From positions 1-64,000 of IMG/VR virus record IMGVR_UViG_3300028812_000003: 64,000 nt of DNA. The stretch is one strand, 5' to 3'. Of the stretch, positions 36,901 to 47,000 are shown one piece after another (position 1 is the first letter of the stretch; the number at the start of each line of letters is the position of its first letter). A model generated the notes under the pieces. That model ran no database searches. It was not told the DNA's origin and saw only the letters and a list, made by a program, of their open reading frames with translations. Origin of the DNA: a virus. The position numbers and the translations under genes were made by a program.

Positions 36901-37267
36901 TGTCGGCCGTGATCTTGATTTGCTGGCCGTACTTGACGCCCATGTCCTTGGCCAGCTTTTGCGCGTTGGCCTTGGCGATGGTCGCCTTCTCCTGCGCCTC
37001 CTCGGCCGCGTCCAGCTTCTCCCCGGCCTCGGTGATCTTCTGGAACTGCGGGACGACGGCCGCCGCGAAGCCGCCCGCCGCCGCGCCGGCGGACATCAGG
37101 GACGCGGTCATCGCGCCGACACCCGCCGTCACGGCCGCCGTCACGGGGAGGATCGCCGTGGACAGGGCCGAGGCACCGATGGACCCGAGGCCCTTGACTG
37201 CCTTCATCGCCGGCGACGTGTCGGCGTCGATCCGGACGAAGCCGGTCCCGATGAGAACGCCAGCCAT
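33902..37267 (-). CDS. Tape measure protein with C-terminal lytic transglycosylase
   Basis: 1121 aa, Ala-rich, Trp/Phe periodic repeats; QESGGNPRAVNLWDINA, GLMQVI. Confidence 0.92.
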   Translation of the reverse strand: MAGVLIGTGFVRIDADTSPAMKAVKGLGSIGASALSTAILPVTAAVTAGVGAMTASLMSAGAAAGGFAAAVVPQFQKITEAGEKLDAAEEAQEKATIAKANAQKLAKDMGVKYGQQIKITADMSAEAKAKAQEYNRALGEVTTTTNTARRSQAIYDEKMKAMTPATRETAKAFEGLKDDIDKWSDSLSGTTMPIFTAGINKLREMLPKLTPFVRIASREIKEFTASLGEGQAGRVFREFGANLQGNAGSALGNFLESVKNITVGVVGMVNAFMPAQSEVSGGLVELTQRFADFGAGLGKSESFALFMERARAAVPALSEFGSALADIASAAGPMGGFGLLMLQVFAQIVAAIPTPVLKLLVPAILAVNAALKLYRIYQAAATAATWLFRTSVTAASGAVYASRATMIAHRVTLVASAAASRAAAAATWLHTTAMRVGRAAMLAFRYAMVAVRLAVVLTTAAFRVLAVAMISSPIGIVIGLLVALGAVFVLLWKKSETFRNIVKGALGGIADAARAVGAWFSGPFVNFFTGAWDWLRDKVFGPIGRFFTQKLPAAAGALRTKVEMAWRVMVANVLAVWLGLKDQVLSPIGRFFTKTIPGWAGTARDRVVGAWTGLRDRLAGVYESVRNRVFAPIGDFFTRRIPTGARNARDKVTGAWRSLRDGLADAYGSIRSRVFSPIGNFFTRTIPGWARTLRDKVKGYFREMRDGIGSIWSGIRSKTKAPVNWVLDKIWNKGLVNIWGKITSWIGLDNRLKPVKLLESGGTVGPREPMGVFNRPTAIVGEGNTTRPEYVIPTDPRYGSRARALWQAAGHHLGIPMMESGGILGSIKGAIGSALEKGANFGKGALDFLSNPVGKAKDLLMGPLKRITAAIGKSPWARMAARIPRMAVDGLIRAVRSVGTDLLGFGGGGGNVDIGGSGVKRWSGVVQQALRLVGQPAAYTNITLRRMNQESGGNPRAVNLWDINAKRGYPSVGLMQVIRPTFQAHAGRFRKTGPFMYGTSINPLANIYSSMRYALSAYGSLPRAYNRPGGYALGTDGSAPGWHWTGELGPELMKLPAGTRIRSHRASLRQAAAPTGGGVVHLTVENHGVIGSRRETEDWLVSSLDQLRRKGRLPKALGGTA

Positions 37268-37923
37268 CTACAACATCACCCCTTGAGCCGCGAGGAACGC
37301 CTGGCTTGCGTCCTCGTCGCCGTGCCACCAGTACGGCGCTCCCTCTTCGACCTCCACCGGGGCGGGCGCGTCCTGTCCGGGCACCCGCCACAGACGGACC
37401 TCCAGGTCGGAGTCCAGCCGCTGCTGCGCTGCGTCCTCGGGCTCGTTCTCGCCCGGCTCCGCCCGCTGGCTCATCTCGTAGTAGACGACGTTCAGGAACC
37501 GGTCGATGGGGAGGCTGCGGAGATCAACACCTCGCCCGGTGTACTGTCCGTCAAGGACATGCCAGGTACCGGGACGGAGCGCCCATCCGGCGAGGATGAG
37601 GGCGCTTCGGTAGGGCGGAGCCCGTACTCCTCCATGAGCCAGGTGACGATGTCCTCCACCTGGTCGATCTCGATGGGGTTCTCCCGGTCCCGCATGCGCG
37701 CGTTGAAGCGCTCCAGCGACTCCGGGAGCAGCACGACGTCCAGCAGGCTGCGGAACGCCTTGAGCTGCTGGTCGACGGTCGCCGACACGTCCATGCCGGC
37801 GAACTCCCTGGCGAAGTCCAGCAGCACCTCGGCAGGGACACCGCGCGCCGCCTGGAACACGTCCTCGTCCACGCGGAAGGTGATGTCCTTCCGCTTCTTG
37901 CTGAAGTCGCGCATCTCGGTCAT
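37268..37923 (-). CDS. Tail assembly chaperone, long (frameshifted) form
   Basis: -1 frame ORF without its own start runs from near CGC CCT ACC (about 37612) up to the tape measure start. Confidence 0.7.
37492..37923 (-). CDS. Tail assembly chaperone, short form
   Basis: Upstream of tape measure; WLMEEYGLRPT followed by low-complexity tail. Confidence 0.8.
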   Translation of the reverse strand: MTEMRDFSKKRKDITFRVDEDVFQAARGVPAEVLLDFAREFAGMDVSATVDQQLKAFRSLLDVVLLPESLERFNARMRDRENPIEIDQVEDIVTWLMEEYGLRPTEAPSSSPDGRSVPVPGMSLTDSTPGEVLISAASPSTGS

Positions 37924-37971
37924 GCGCGCACGGTAAGCCCACCGCGTAGCATGATCGTTCCGGTGGCCCCG

Positions 37972-38337
37972 TCAGCCCATGCGCAGGGCCTTGGTCATGA
38001 ACGGGTTCGGCTTCGTCCCCGGGTGGTTGACGACCCGGGCGAACACCGTGCGGCCCTTCACGGAGAACTTCAGCACCTGCCGGGTGCGCGGGTAGATGCG
38101 GTGCGGCCTCGTCCCGTTGTGGACGTACATCGTGGCGGGGTGGTTGGACTCCACGCGCACGTGCCGGCCGACGACGACCGCGCGTACCTTGCGGCCCATC
38201 TTCCCCGGGGCCATGCGCCGGGCGTTGCGCTGCACCCGGCGGGCCTTGCGGACCAGTTCCTTCATCACCGGCGAGTCCGGGGACAGCAGCAGGCCGTTGA
38301 CCCCGTCGGCGCGGATCTCGATGCGCGCGGCGGGCAC
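37972..38337 (-). CDS. Tail completion/neck protein (HK97 gp10-like)
   Basis: YVHNGTRPH, VNHPGTKPNPFM. Confidence 0.75.
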   Translation of the reverse strand: MPAARIEIRADGVNGLLLSPDSPVMKELVRKARRVQRNARRMAPGKMGRKVRAVVVGRHVRVESNHPATMYVHNGTRPHRIYPRTRQVLKFSVKGRTVFARVVNHPGTKPNPFMTKALRMG

Positions 38338-38338
38338 G

Positions 38339-38839
38339 TCAGCCCCGCACCAGACAGACGCGGACGGTCAGGGTCACGCCCACACACCCGCCCTCCGGGC
38401 CGGCCGGCTCCACCGGCGTGACGAGGTAGTCCAGCACCTCGTCGTCCTCCTTGAGACGGCACAGCAGCGCGGACACCGCGTCCAGCATCTCGGTGGCGTC
38501 CTGGAGCAGCAGGCCCGCCGCCGTGTCCAGTTCGTCGGCCGGCGGGGCAGCCTCCACGCCGTCCGGGTTGGGCGCGCAGCGCACCACCGCCACGGTGAAC
38601 TGGCCCACCTCGTACGGCGGCTGGCAGGCGCCGTTGACCGCCTCCGACTCCTCGGGGAACCCCTCGGACAGGTACAGCCGGGACAGGGACACGGCGAGCA
38701 TCCCGCCGCAGTCGCACGAGTCCCAGGCGACCTCCCCGGGGACCAGGCCGACGCGGGACGGCTTGGACGACAGGCCGTCCCGCACAGCGGTCACCAGGTG
38801 CGTGCCGACGGTGTACCAGCGCGCGGCCCCTGCGATCAC
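38339..38839 (-). CDS. Putative tail terminator
   Basis: Position in operon; GPEGGCVG motif. Confidence 0.6.
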   Translation of the reverse strand: MIAGAARWYTVGTHLVTAVRDGLSSKPSRVGLVPGEVAWDSCDCGGMLAVSLSRLYLSEGFPEESEAVNGACQPPYEVGQFTVAVVRCAPNPDGVEAAPPADELDTAAGLLLQDATEMLDAVSALLCRLKEDDEVLDYLVTPVEPAGPEGGCVGVTLTVRVCLVRG

Positions 38840-39612
38840 GACAACCCCCTCCGCAGGATCGCGTCCACGTCCCCGATGCGCGCCCGGGAGCGCAGGCCCG
38901 ACGGGTTCTCGGAGGCGAGGAACATGTCCACCAGGTACAGGCCGGTACGGCCGTCCTTGAGCAGTTGCCCGATGTCCGGGTACTGGATGGTGACGCCCTG
39001 GCGGACGAGCTGCGTCACGCCCGGCGGCAGACGGCAGTCCAGCCCGGACATGGCCTTGACGATCTCGCAGGCGAGTTCGCCCATGGCGAGACGCCCGGAG
39101 TCGGGCACCTCTTCACCGACGACCGCCGTCACCGACCACGTGCCCGGCTCGTCGTCACCGGCGGAGAAGTCGTTGCAGCGCGGCCACGCGGCGCCGTCGA
39201 CGCGGATCAGGTCCCGCCCGGCGAGCCGGTACGCCCCGGCCGCCAGCACCGCCCCGTCCACCCGCACCTCGTCCACCCGGCTCGTCAGCGCGGGCAGCCG
39301 GACGGTGGACAGGTCCGTGCAGGAGCAGCCGCGACGGCAGCCGCCCGAGCAGTACGGCAGCCGGTAGACGTCCCACGGCGTACGCGACACCAGCAGCGAC
39401 GGGCCGTCCCACAGCGGGACCCCGGACCAGTCGCCGCAGTCGTCCGCACAGGGGCGCAGCGTCACCGCGCACTGCCCGAACCGGCGCCCGGACAGGGCCC
39501 ACAGGATGCGCGAGGCCGCGCGCACCGCGTACCCCGTGGCCTCCGGGGACCGCGCGGACACGTCGCACGTCCAGTACACCGGCCAGTCCTCGCACAGCAG
39601 AGCGTCCGCCAC
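38836..39612 (-). CDS. Head-to-tail adaptor
   Basis: ILWALSGRRFG, CRLP, VRQGVTI, TGLYLVD. Confidence 0.7.
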   Translation of the reverse strand: MADALLCEDWPVYWTCDVSARSPEATGYAVRAASRILWALSGRRFGQCAVTLRPCADDCGDWSGVPLWDGPSLLVSRTPWDVYRLPYCSGGCRRGCSCTDLSTVRLPALTSRVDEVRVDGAVLAAGAYRLAGRDLIRVDGAAWPRCNDFSAGDDEPGTWSVTAVVGEEVPDSGRLAMGELACEIVKAMSGLDCRLPPGVTQLVRQGVTIQYPDIGQLLKDGRTGLYLVDMFLASENPSGLRSRARIGDVDAILRRGLS

Positions 39613-39620
39613 TGCCCCTC

Positions 39621-40103
39621 CTACGCGGTGAAGGTGATCAGACCGGCGTCGTGCCAGACCACGGTGAAGGTCCCGGACACCACCGACTGCGCGCCGCCGA
39701 AGTACAGGTAGGCCACACCCTGGTCGGCGACGGTTCCGGCGGTGATGGAGTCGTCGTAGACGAGGCAGCCGTACGCGTCGGTCAGGGTGAGGGAGCCGGC
39801 GCCGGCGAGGTCCGCCGCGTCGAACGTGACTGTCCCGGAGGACGGCGCGGTGAAAGTCTTGGACGCGAGGGGCCGCCCGCCGGCGGGCCAGTTGGTGCCG
39901 CCGCTGACCTCGCGCGCCGCCGTCCACGTGCCGGCGCCGTAGGCGGTGGAGCCGACGACCGCGTCCAGGTCCGGCGTCACCGTGTTGTCGAACAGCGCGG
40001 CCTTGACGATGTCGGAGTCCAGCCCGGTGTAGCCGGTCCCGGACGCCTGCATCATCGGGCCGCGCACCCACTCGCGGAAGACACGGCTTTCCGTCCACGC
40101 CAT
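39621..40103 (-). CDS. Virion structural protein
   Basis: AAGGAG RBS; VTFDAAD, GTFTVVW. Confidence 0.65.
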   Translation of the reverse strand: MAWTESRVFREWVRGPMMQASGTGYTGLDSDIVKAALFDNTVTPDLDAVVGSTAYGAGTWTAAREVSGGTNWPAGGRPLASKTFTAPSSGTVTFDAADLAGAGSLTLTDAYGCLVYDDSITAGTVADQGVAYLYFGGAQSVVSGTFTVVWHDAGLITFTA

Positions 40104-40107
40104 CGGT

Positions 40108-40401
40108 TCAGCTCCTTCGCACGTGCGCGGCCGGGGCGTACACCACGCGGTCCTCACCGTCGTCCCTCGTCACCGTCACGGCCATGACCGGGCGGCCGTC
40201 GCCGTCACGGCGTACGTCCTCGCCGCCCACGTAGTCCTCCCGGGCCACGGCCCGCACCGCGCACCGCACGCCGTCCAGCACCATCGGCGCGAGCAGCCCC
40301 GCGAGGCCGGGGCACGCGTGGAAGCGGTCGCCCGGTCCACGCGTGACGGCGGTGGCCGTGCAGTTGGGGCACGACCACCGCCGCTCGGGGTCCAGGATCA
40401 T
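40108..40401 (-). CDS. Hypothetical protein
   Basis: WSCPNC...FHACPG; ATGA overlap. Confidence 0.6.
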   Translation of the reverse strand: MILDPERRWSCPNCTATAVTRGPGDRFHACPGLAGLLAPMVLDGVRCAVRAVAREDYVGGEDVRRDGDGRPVMAVTVTRDDGEDRVVYAPAAHVRRS

Positions 40402-41093
40402 GTGAGCTGGAGCGGGTTGACCTGCGGGGTGGGCGGGGCCGTGGTCGTCAGGTTCCACAGCCAGTGCTCACCGGCCTGCGCACTGTCCCCGGCGGGCAGC
40501 CACGAGGTGGACCCCGGGCCCCGGTTCCAGCCGACCACCGGTGTGACGGAGGCGGCCTGCGTCTCGGACTGCACCTGGAGTGTGGAGCGCCCGTTCTCCA
40601 CGGTGTACGTGCCGATGCGGCTGGCACCGACGTTGGGCCACGCGTTGTAGATGTAGCGCTGCGCCCCGGAAGGGTCGCACGCCCCGGAGCCGGCGACGCG
40701 CTGCCAGACCTCCAGCGAGTACCGGTTGGACGGGGTGCCCTCCGCGAAGGCGAAGCCGGTCCCGGTGACCCCGGCGCCGTTGACGGTCAGCTCACGCGCG
40801 CTCGCGAGGTACGCCACGCCGGTGGTGTTGATCTCGCAGAAGTCGATGGTGAGCTGCATTCGCTTCAGGACCGGGTCGTCCTTCTGGTTGACGCACGGCG
40901 AGCCGTCCGCAGTCCGCTCGAAGAACTCCTCGCCGTCCTCGTACTGCGGCTCCATCTGCACCTGAACGAAGCCCTTGGTCACGACGACCAGAGAGCCGGT
41001 GCCGGTGACCGGGTTGCCGCAGGCGTCCACGCGGACGATCCTCGCGTGCGTGCCCTTGATGGCGGTTGCCGCGCTGGCGACGGTTGATGGCAT
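40398..41093 (-). CDS. Major tail protein
   Basis: RIVRVDACGNP, EDGEEFFERTADGSPC, YSLEVW; after capsid genes. Confidence 0.75.
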   Translation of the reverse strand: MPSTVASAATAIKGTHARIVRVDACGNPVTGTGSLVVVTKGFVQVQMEPQYEDGEEFFERTADGSPCVNQKDDPVLKRMQLTIDFCEINTTGVAYLASARELTVNGAGVTGTGFAFAEGTPSNRYSLEVWQRVAGSGACDPSGAQRYIYNAWPNVGASRIGTYTVENGRSTLQVQSETQAASVTPVVGWNRGPGSTSWLPAGDSAQAGEHWLWNLTTTAPPTPQVNPLQLT

Positions 41094-41106
41094 TGCTGTT
41101 CACCCC

Positions 41107-42000
41107 TTACGCGGGAACGCCGAGAGTCATGAGGGCGGCGAGGTGCGCGCACTCCCACCCGAACAGGTAGGTGCGCGAAGCCTGCTTGCGCACCGTGTTG
41201 GTCGCCCGGTCGAACGTGCCGGGGAAGTCCCGCACCGCGACGTCGGAGCGGTAGCCGAACAGGGCGCCGGTGGCGTACAGCCACGCCGCCCCGGACGGAG
41301 CGGCGGCCCCGTCCGGCCCCGTCCCCGAGTAGCCTGCCGCCGCCACGATCAGGTGCCCGCCCGGCGTGCGCGGCAGGCCGTCCGCCTCGTCCTCGCACAC
41401 CAGGCGGCGGGCCTTCAGCGTCGCCATCGCGGACACGGGCACGTGCACCACACCCGCGCCGCCGTACTGTTCGGCGAGCGCCTGGTCCAGCCGGCCGATG
41501 ACGGTGGCCGCGTCGGCGGCCGTGGCCGAGACGGTGTCGGCCGCCGTCTGGAGGCGGATGCCCTGCGGGTCGTCCAGCGTGGCGGAGGCGGCGAGGTGCG
41601 GCCACACGGCCGCCTGTCCGCCGGCCCGCCCCGACCAGAACGCCCGGGAGACCTGGAACGCCTCGGAGCGCGCCAGCGCCTCGGCCGCCTGGTCCACGTC
41701 GGGCAGGCCGATGAGCGAGCAGTCGAACGCGGCGTACACCGTGAACGCCGTGGCCCCACGGTCCACACCGCCGTCGGCCGTGGGCTCCAGCGGCGCAGCG
41801 GCCGGGACCGCGCCGCCGGTGCCGGTGAGCGCGTCGCACTCGTCGGCGTACGTCGTGTCCGCCCCACCGCACCAGTCCGTCCAGGTCACGCCCTGCTGCC
41901 AGTGCGGCCCCGACGGGCCCGGGTGCTGCGCCGCGTCCCACAGTGTGTTGGGGAGCGCGACGAAGCCGGGCCCGTCGACTATGCCCCGGATTCCTGCCAC
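41107..42000 (-). CDS. Capsid-associated/minor capsid protein
   Basis: Directly after major capsid gene; HWQQGV, WLYATG. Confidence 0.6.
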   Translation of the reverse strand: MAGIRGIVDGPGFVALPNTLWDAAQHPGPSGPHWQQGVTWTDWCGGADTTYADECDALTGTGGAVPAAAPLEPTADGGVDRGATAFTVYAAFDCSLIGLPDVDQAAEALARSEAFQVSRAFWSGRAGGQAAVWPHLAASATLDDPQGIRLQTAADTVSATAADAATVIGRLDQALAEQYGGAGVVHVPVSAMATLKARRLVCEDEADGLPRTPGGHLIVAAAGYSGTGPDGAAAPSGAAWLYATGALFGYRSDVAVRDFPGTFDRATNTVRKQASRTYLFGWECAHLAALMTLGVPA

Positions 42001-42041
42001 GTCACGCCCCCTTCACGTCCTGCTCGGTCACCGATGACGGA

Positions 42042-43826
42042 TCAGATCTGCGCCGCTGCGGTGAGCCCGGCGGTGCCGGCACCGTTGACCTGGAAGCTGG
42101 CGCGGTACAGCCGCGACTCGTGACCGACCTTGGCGACCAGGTGCGCCTCTTCGGCCCACAGGGCCGTGTGGTCGTTCTCGGCGTTCAGCGCGCTGTCGCG
42201 CACCACGCCGAGGTCGAGCTGGAGGCCGTTGCCGTGCAGGAACGTGCCGGCCGCGTACAGCATGAAGTCCACCGACGTGGGCCAGGCCGTCATGTTGGCG
42301 GAGGTCCGGCCGAACTGCCCGGTGCCGCGCACCTGCCAGTCGCTCACGAACTGCGGGCGCACGTTGCGGTCGGTGAACCACGCGGTGATCTGCGCGTCGC
42401 TGACCGACTCGCGTTCGACCGAGGTCCTCCAGGCGAGGTCGGCCCGGATGACGGCGAGCGCCCAGCGCGGCAGGACGATCTCCAGCACCGCGTCCTCACG
42501 CATGGCGAACTTCGCGCGGTAGTCGATGGCCGCCAGCTCCACCGAGTTGAGCAGCGTCTGCGTCGCCGGGACGTTGCCGCCGAGGGTGATGGCGGCCGTG
42601 GACCGGGCGACCATGAGGGAGATCAGCCGCGCGTTGATGACGTGCGCGTACGCGGCGCGCAGCAGGCGGATGAAATTTTGCGTCGCCTCCGGGTACGCGT
42701 CGTCGGTGAGGTTACCGGCGGTCAGGCTGATGCCGTACGCCTCCAGCCGCGCCTCGTCGAACGTCGGGCACGGCACGCGCAGGGTGGGCTTGTTGACGGA
42801 GCCGGTGACGGTGGCGATGTCGTCCGCCTCGGTCCACAGCCACGGGTCGGACGCGTTGGAGAACGTGACGCCGAAGCCGCCGAAGCCACTCGCCGGGTTG
42901 GAGCCCGCGTTCTGGAAGAACACGTCACCGATGCTGGGGCTGACCGGGAAGCGGATGCCGCCCCGGGAGACACCGACGGTCGGCAGGTCGACGAGGCCCA
43001 CCGGCGTGTCGGCGATGTTGAAGAAGTCGTACGTGACCTCGGACGGCGCGCACCAGCCGCCGCCCGCGAGCAGGGCGTCCGCCTGCCCGCGCTGCTGCGT
43101 CATCGAGTGCCACAGCTCCTCGATGGTGCTCGCGCTGGTCCGGTCGTCCACCGTGTGGTCGAACTGGTTGCGCACCGACGCGACGAGGTGACGCGGGGCG
43201 CCCTGGTCGCCGTACTGCGTCGTCGGGACCGCCTTCGCCTTGGCACGGAAGGCTTCGCCCAGGGCCTCCAGCGTCGGCATGGACTGTCCCGCCGCGACGC
43301 CCGGGATGTCCACGGAGGCCGTCACGGCCATGGTCTGCGTGCCGGGTGCCTTGGGCTGCGGGGCCCGCTCGCGCACCTGGGAGAGGGAGGCGACCCGGCG
43401 CGTCGCCAGGTCCGGGTTTCCGTCGTAGAGGACCGAGGTCACGCCCTTGGCCACGGCCTCCGCCACGGCGTCCAGGTTGAACCGGCCGCCGGCGGTGACG
43501 GGTGCGGCGCCCTCGCCCCCGTCACCGCCCTCGCCGCCCTCGCCACCGTGGACGGACTGACGCAGGAGCGCCATCTGGCGGGTCCGCTCCTGCTGAGCTG
43601 AGGCCGCTTCCTCTTCCGCGCGGACCGCGCGCACGCGCAGCTCGGCGCGGAGGCGGTCCAGGTCGCGGGTGAGGCGCTGGCTGTAGCTGATGTGCTCGGG
43701 GGTGAGACTGGCGAGTCCGGCAACGCGGTCGAACTCCGCGACCGCCGTGGACTCCAGCTCACGCAGCTCCGACTCCCCCACCAGCGAGAGGTCGTCGGGT
43801 GCGCTGAACAGCTCGGGCTCCGACAC
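42042..43826 (-). CDS. Major capsid protein with N-terminal scaffold-like region
   Basis: GGAGG RBS plus GTG; LLAGGGWCAPSEVTYD, LDLGVVRDSALNAEND. Confidence 0.85.
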   Translation of the reverse strand: MSEPELFSAPDDLSLVGESELRELESTAVAEFDRVAGLASLTPEHISYSQRLTRDLDRLRAELRVRAVRAEEEAASAQQERTRQMALLRQSVHGGEGGEGGDGGEGAAPVTAGGRFNLDAVAEAVAKGVTSVLYDGNPDLATRRVASLSQVRERAPQPKAPGTQTMAVTASVDIPGVAAGQSMPTLEALGEAFRAKAKAVPTTQYGDQGAPRHLVASVRNQFDHTVDDRTSASTIEELWHSMTQQRGQADALLAGGGWCAPSEVTYDFFNIADTPVGLVDLPTVGVSRGGIRFPVSPSIGDVFFQNAGSNPASGFGGFGVTFSNASDPWLWTEADDIATVTGSVNKPTLRVPCPTFDEARLEAYGISLTAGNLTDDAYPEATQNFIRLLRAAYAHVINARLISLMVARSTAAITLGGNVPATQTLLNSVELAAIDYRAKFAMREDAVLEIVLPRWALAVIRADLAWRTSVERESVSDAQITAWFTDRNVRPQFVSDWQVRGTGQFGRTSANMTAWPTSVDFMLYAAGTFLHGNGLQLDLGVVRDSALNAENDHTALWAEEAHLVAKVGHESRLYRASFQVNGAGTAGLTAAAQI

Positions 43827-44003
43827 TGCGGACCTCCCGGGAAAGTGGTCTGATCGAATCGGCGCGCACGGTACATACAAACGGCCGAATCGCCAAAAGC
43901 CACACAGGCTCAGACGATCCGGCCGTCGCTGCTGGTCAGCCGCCGATGGGTTCCGGCTCGGGCGGCGGGGGCGGTGCGGGACGGTTGCAGCCACACATAA
44001 CGA

Positions 44004-47000
44004 TCACCTCCCCTCGGTGGTGTGGACCCGGCGGGACAGCGCGGTCAGGACGCGCCGGTAGGCCCACTGGTCCAACTCGTCCTCGGTCAGTCCCTCGCTG
44101 AGCTGCGGGATACCCGCCGCGACGAGGGCGAGCTGCTGTCCGGCGGCCAGGGCCGTCTTCAGCTTGGGCACCGGGAAGCCGGGGACGTTCACGGCGAGCA
44201 GGCCGACGAGGCGCAGGTGACCGCCGATGCGACGCCAGTCGCCCGACACCTGCCCGGCCGCGCGCAGCTCGTGGATGCGCGACTCCGGGGTGCCGGGCCG
44301 CACGGACCCGGCGACCCAGATGCCGTGCGCGTCGTTGCCCACCGCGACGTCCGCCACGGCGGCCCCGGTGTTGTCGTAGTGGTCAGCGGCGGCCCGGTGG
44401 CCGTACGACAGCGGCGCGTGCCCGGTGCCGACGGTGATCTGTCCGACGGAGGTGGTCCCGCCGTCGTCGCACCACACGTTGCCGGTCATGAAGTACGGGT
44501 GCGACTCCTCGTGCGGAGGCGTCACGCACACACCCTCCTGCCCGATGTGACAGGTGCCCCACAGGGCTGCGTGTCCGTAGACGCGGCCCTCCGGGGTGAC
44601 GGTGATCCCGGTCGGGACGGACAGGGCCGGGCTGGCGAACCACGCGGCCGGCGGGCGCTGCGGCGCCTGCACCGTCAGGGACCGGAAGCGGGCCACCCGC
44701 GTCTCGCGCACCGCGCCGATGGGCTCGCCGCCGGCGACGACCGCGCCGTCCTCACCCAGCAGCGCGATGTACGCCTCCGCGAACGCCGGGATGTCCACGA
44801 GGGTCGCCGCGCGGATGCGGCCCCGGTTGAACACGACCTTCTCCGGGGACGCGAACAGCATGTCGAACGGGTCGGGGCCCTCGCCGTCGGCGTCCGGGTC
44901 TGCGGGCCACACCAGTTCCATGTCGGCGTCCTTGATGGAGTCGACATCCACGCTCACACCGCGCAGGAACTGGCCCTTGATTTTCCCGTGGACGGTGCGG
45001 CCGTCGTCGGTGGACAGGTCCAGCACGCCTTCGCCCATGATCAGGCCGCCGTCCTCGCGCCAGATGCGGTCGATCCGGCCCACGTTGACGGCGATGGTGC
45101 GGGGCTCCCCGCCGTGGGAGTCCTCCTTGTTCCAGCGCAGCGGCAGCGGCAGGTCAGCCCACGTGAGGGCGTCCGCCTTGAACTCCCGGCCGTCGCCGGT
45201 CTCGATACCCTCCACCGTCAGCGGGCCACGCCACGGCGCCGTCTCGCCGTCGGCGCCTATCTCCGCAGCCGGCTTGCCCGCCACCCGGTCGGCGTCGGCA
45301 GCCGCGCCGTGCGCCAGCGCCTCGGCCTGCCCGGCTGCCTTCTGCTCGCCGACCGGGACGCACTCGCCGCTCTCCTCGTCCGGCTCCATGCCGGGCGGGC
45401 ACTGCGCCTCCTCGCCGGCTGCCGACTGGTTCTCCTTCAGCCGCTTGTCCTTCTTCGTGCCGGGGTTCGGCTCGCCCTTGCCCAGGGCCTCGGCCGTCTC
45501 GGTCGCGCTCGTCACGGTGCTGTCTCCCTCCGCCGCGTACAGCGCGGCCAGTTGATCATCGGCGTCGTCTTCGGTTGCGTGGCAGCCGGACACCGATCCG
45601 TCGGCGTCCTTGACCACGGCCCACGGCTTGCCGTCCGGACACCCAGAATGGCCCTCCACTTTGTGCCAGGGCATGCCGGTCTCCTCTCCGCTCGCCGTGG
45701 TCGCCGTACGTACCTCCTGCCAGACGGCGACGATGAAGCCACGGCAGGCGTTGCCGTAGCGGGCGCCGGTGCAGTCCCGGTAACCCATGACCGGGTACTC
45801 CGCGACGGCGGCGTCCAAGGTGGTGAAGGTGCGGCCGTCGATGACCTTGCACGGGCCGCACGTCCGGCTGTCCAGGATCTCGCTCGCCACGTAGGTGGAG
45901 GCGGGCGGCGCGGCCTCCATCACCGCGTGCCGCCCGGCGTTCTGCGCGGCCGTCATGGCCGAGCCGACCGAGGCGCGCACCCCGGCGTCGTCCATCGTGG
46001 CCAGCTCCCGGTCCACCTCCGCCGCCACCGTTTCTGCCGGGGCCGAGGACCGCAGCAGCCCGGACAGTTTCCGCTTGGCCGCCTGCACGAGGGCGGAGGC
46101 TGCGAGGTCGGAGGTGAGCCGGGCGACGGAGGTGAGCAGTCGCCGTCCGCCGACCCCTGCGGTGAGTACGTCGGGGCCGTCGCCGTCCTCGGGCAGCGAC
46201 CAGTCCGGCACGGTCACGCCCTGCGCCTCGGCCTCCCGTTGGCAGGCCCTGCCGGCCTTGACCGCGTACTCCTCCATGAGGCCGGTCAGGGTGGCGGTGG
46301 CGTCCAGGGTGGATAGCGTCAGGTCCGGCAGCAGTTCAGGGTCGTCGGCGGCGAGGTGCTTGACGATCTGCTCGCGCAGATCCAGGCGCCACGCGGCCGT
46401 CGTGGACTTCAGCGCTTGGACCGCCCCGGCTGTCGCGGCCTCCCACTCGGCGTGTACCGACGCGAAGTCGGCGCGGCTGGACAGCTCCAGGTCGGTCGGC
46501 TCCCGGCGCAGCGGCCCGCCAGCGGCCGTCACCGCGTCGCCGGACAGCGGGATGTCCCGGTCGTCATCGCCGAAGCTGAGCCGGATGCGGTCGAACGTCA
46601 CCGGGCCCAGCCGCTGCTCCAGTTCAGGCAGGAGCGCCGGGTCGTCGCTGTAGGCAGCGCAGACGTGCGCGGCCCACGGGCTGTGCTGCTCGGGGATTTC
46701 CGGGAGGTCCATCGTCATGGTGAGTGCGGTCCCAGCCAGAACCCGGGCTTCCACGAGGGAGCCGCCCGCAGGCTCTGCATCCCGATCGTCGCCGACGGAC
46801 CACACCCAGCACGGGTAGTCCCCGCCGCCGTTCCAGTGAGCGGCGCCGAACGCCCTCGCTTGTACGGTCGGCAGCCCCGCGACGAGATTCCTTACTCGGC
46901 TCTCCAGCGTGTCGCGCTGGTCCTCGGTCCAGGTGGCGCCATCGTCTCCGAGGAAGAACAGCGTCAGGTGCAGTTCGTCAGCCGGCTCGCCGCCGGGCAC

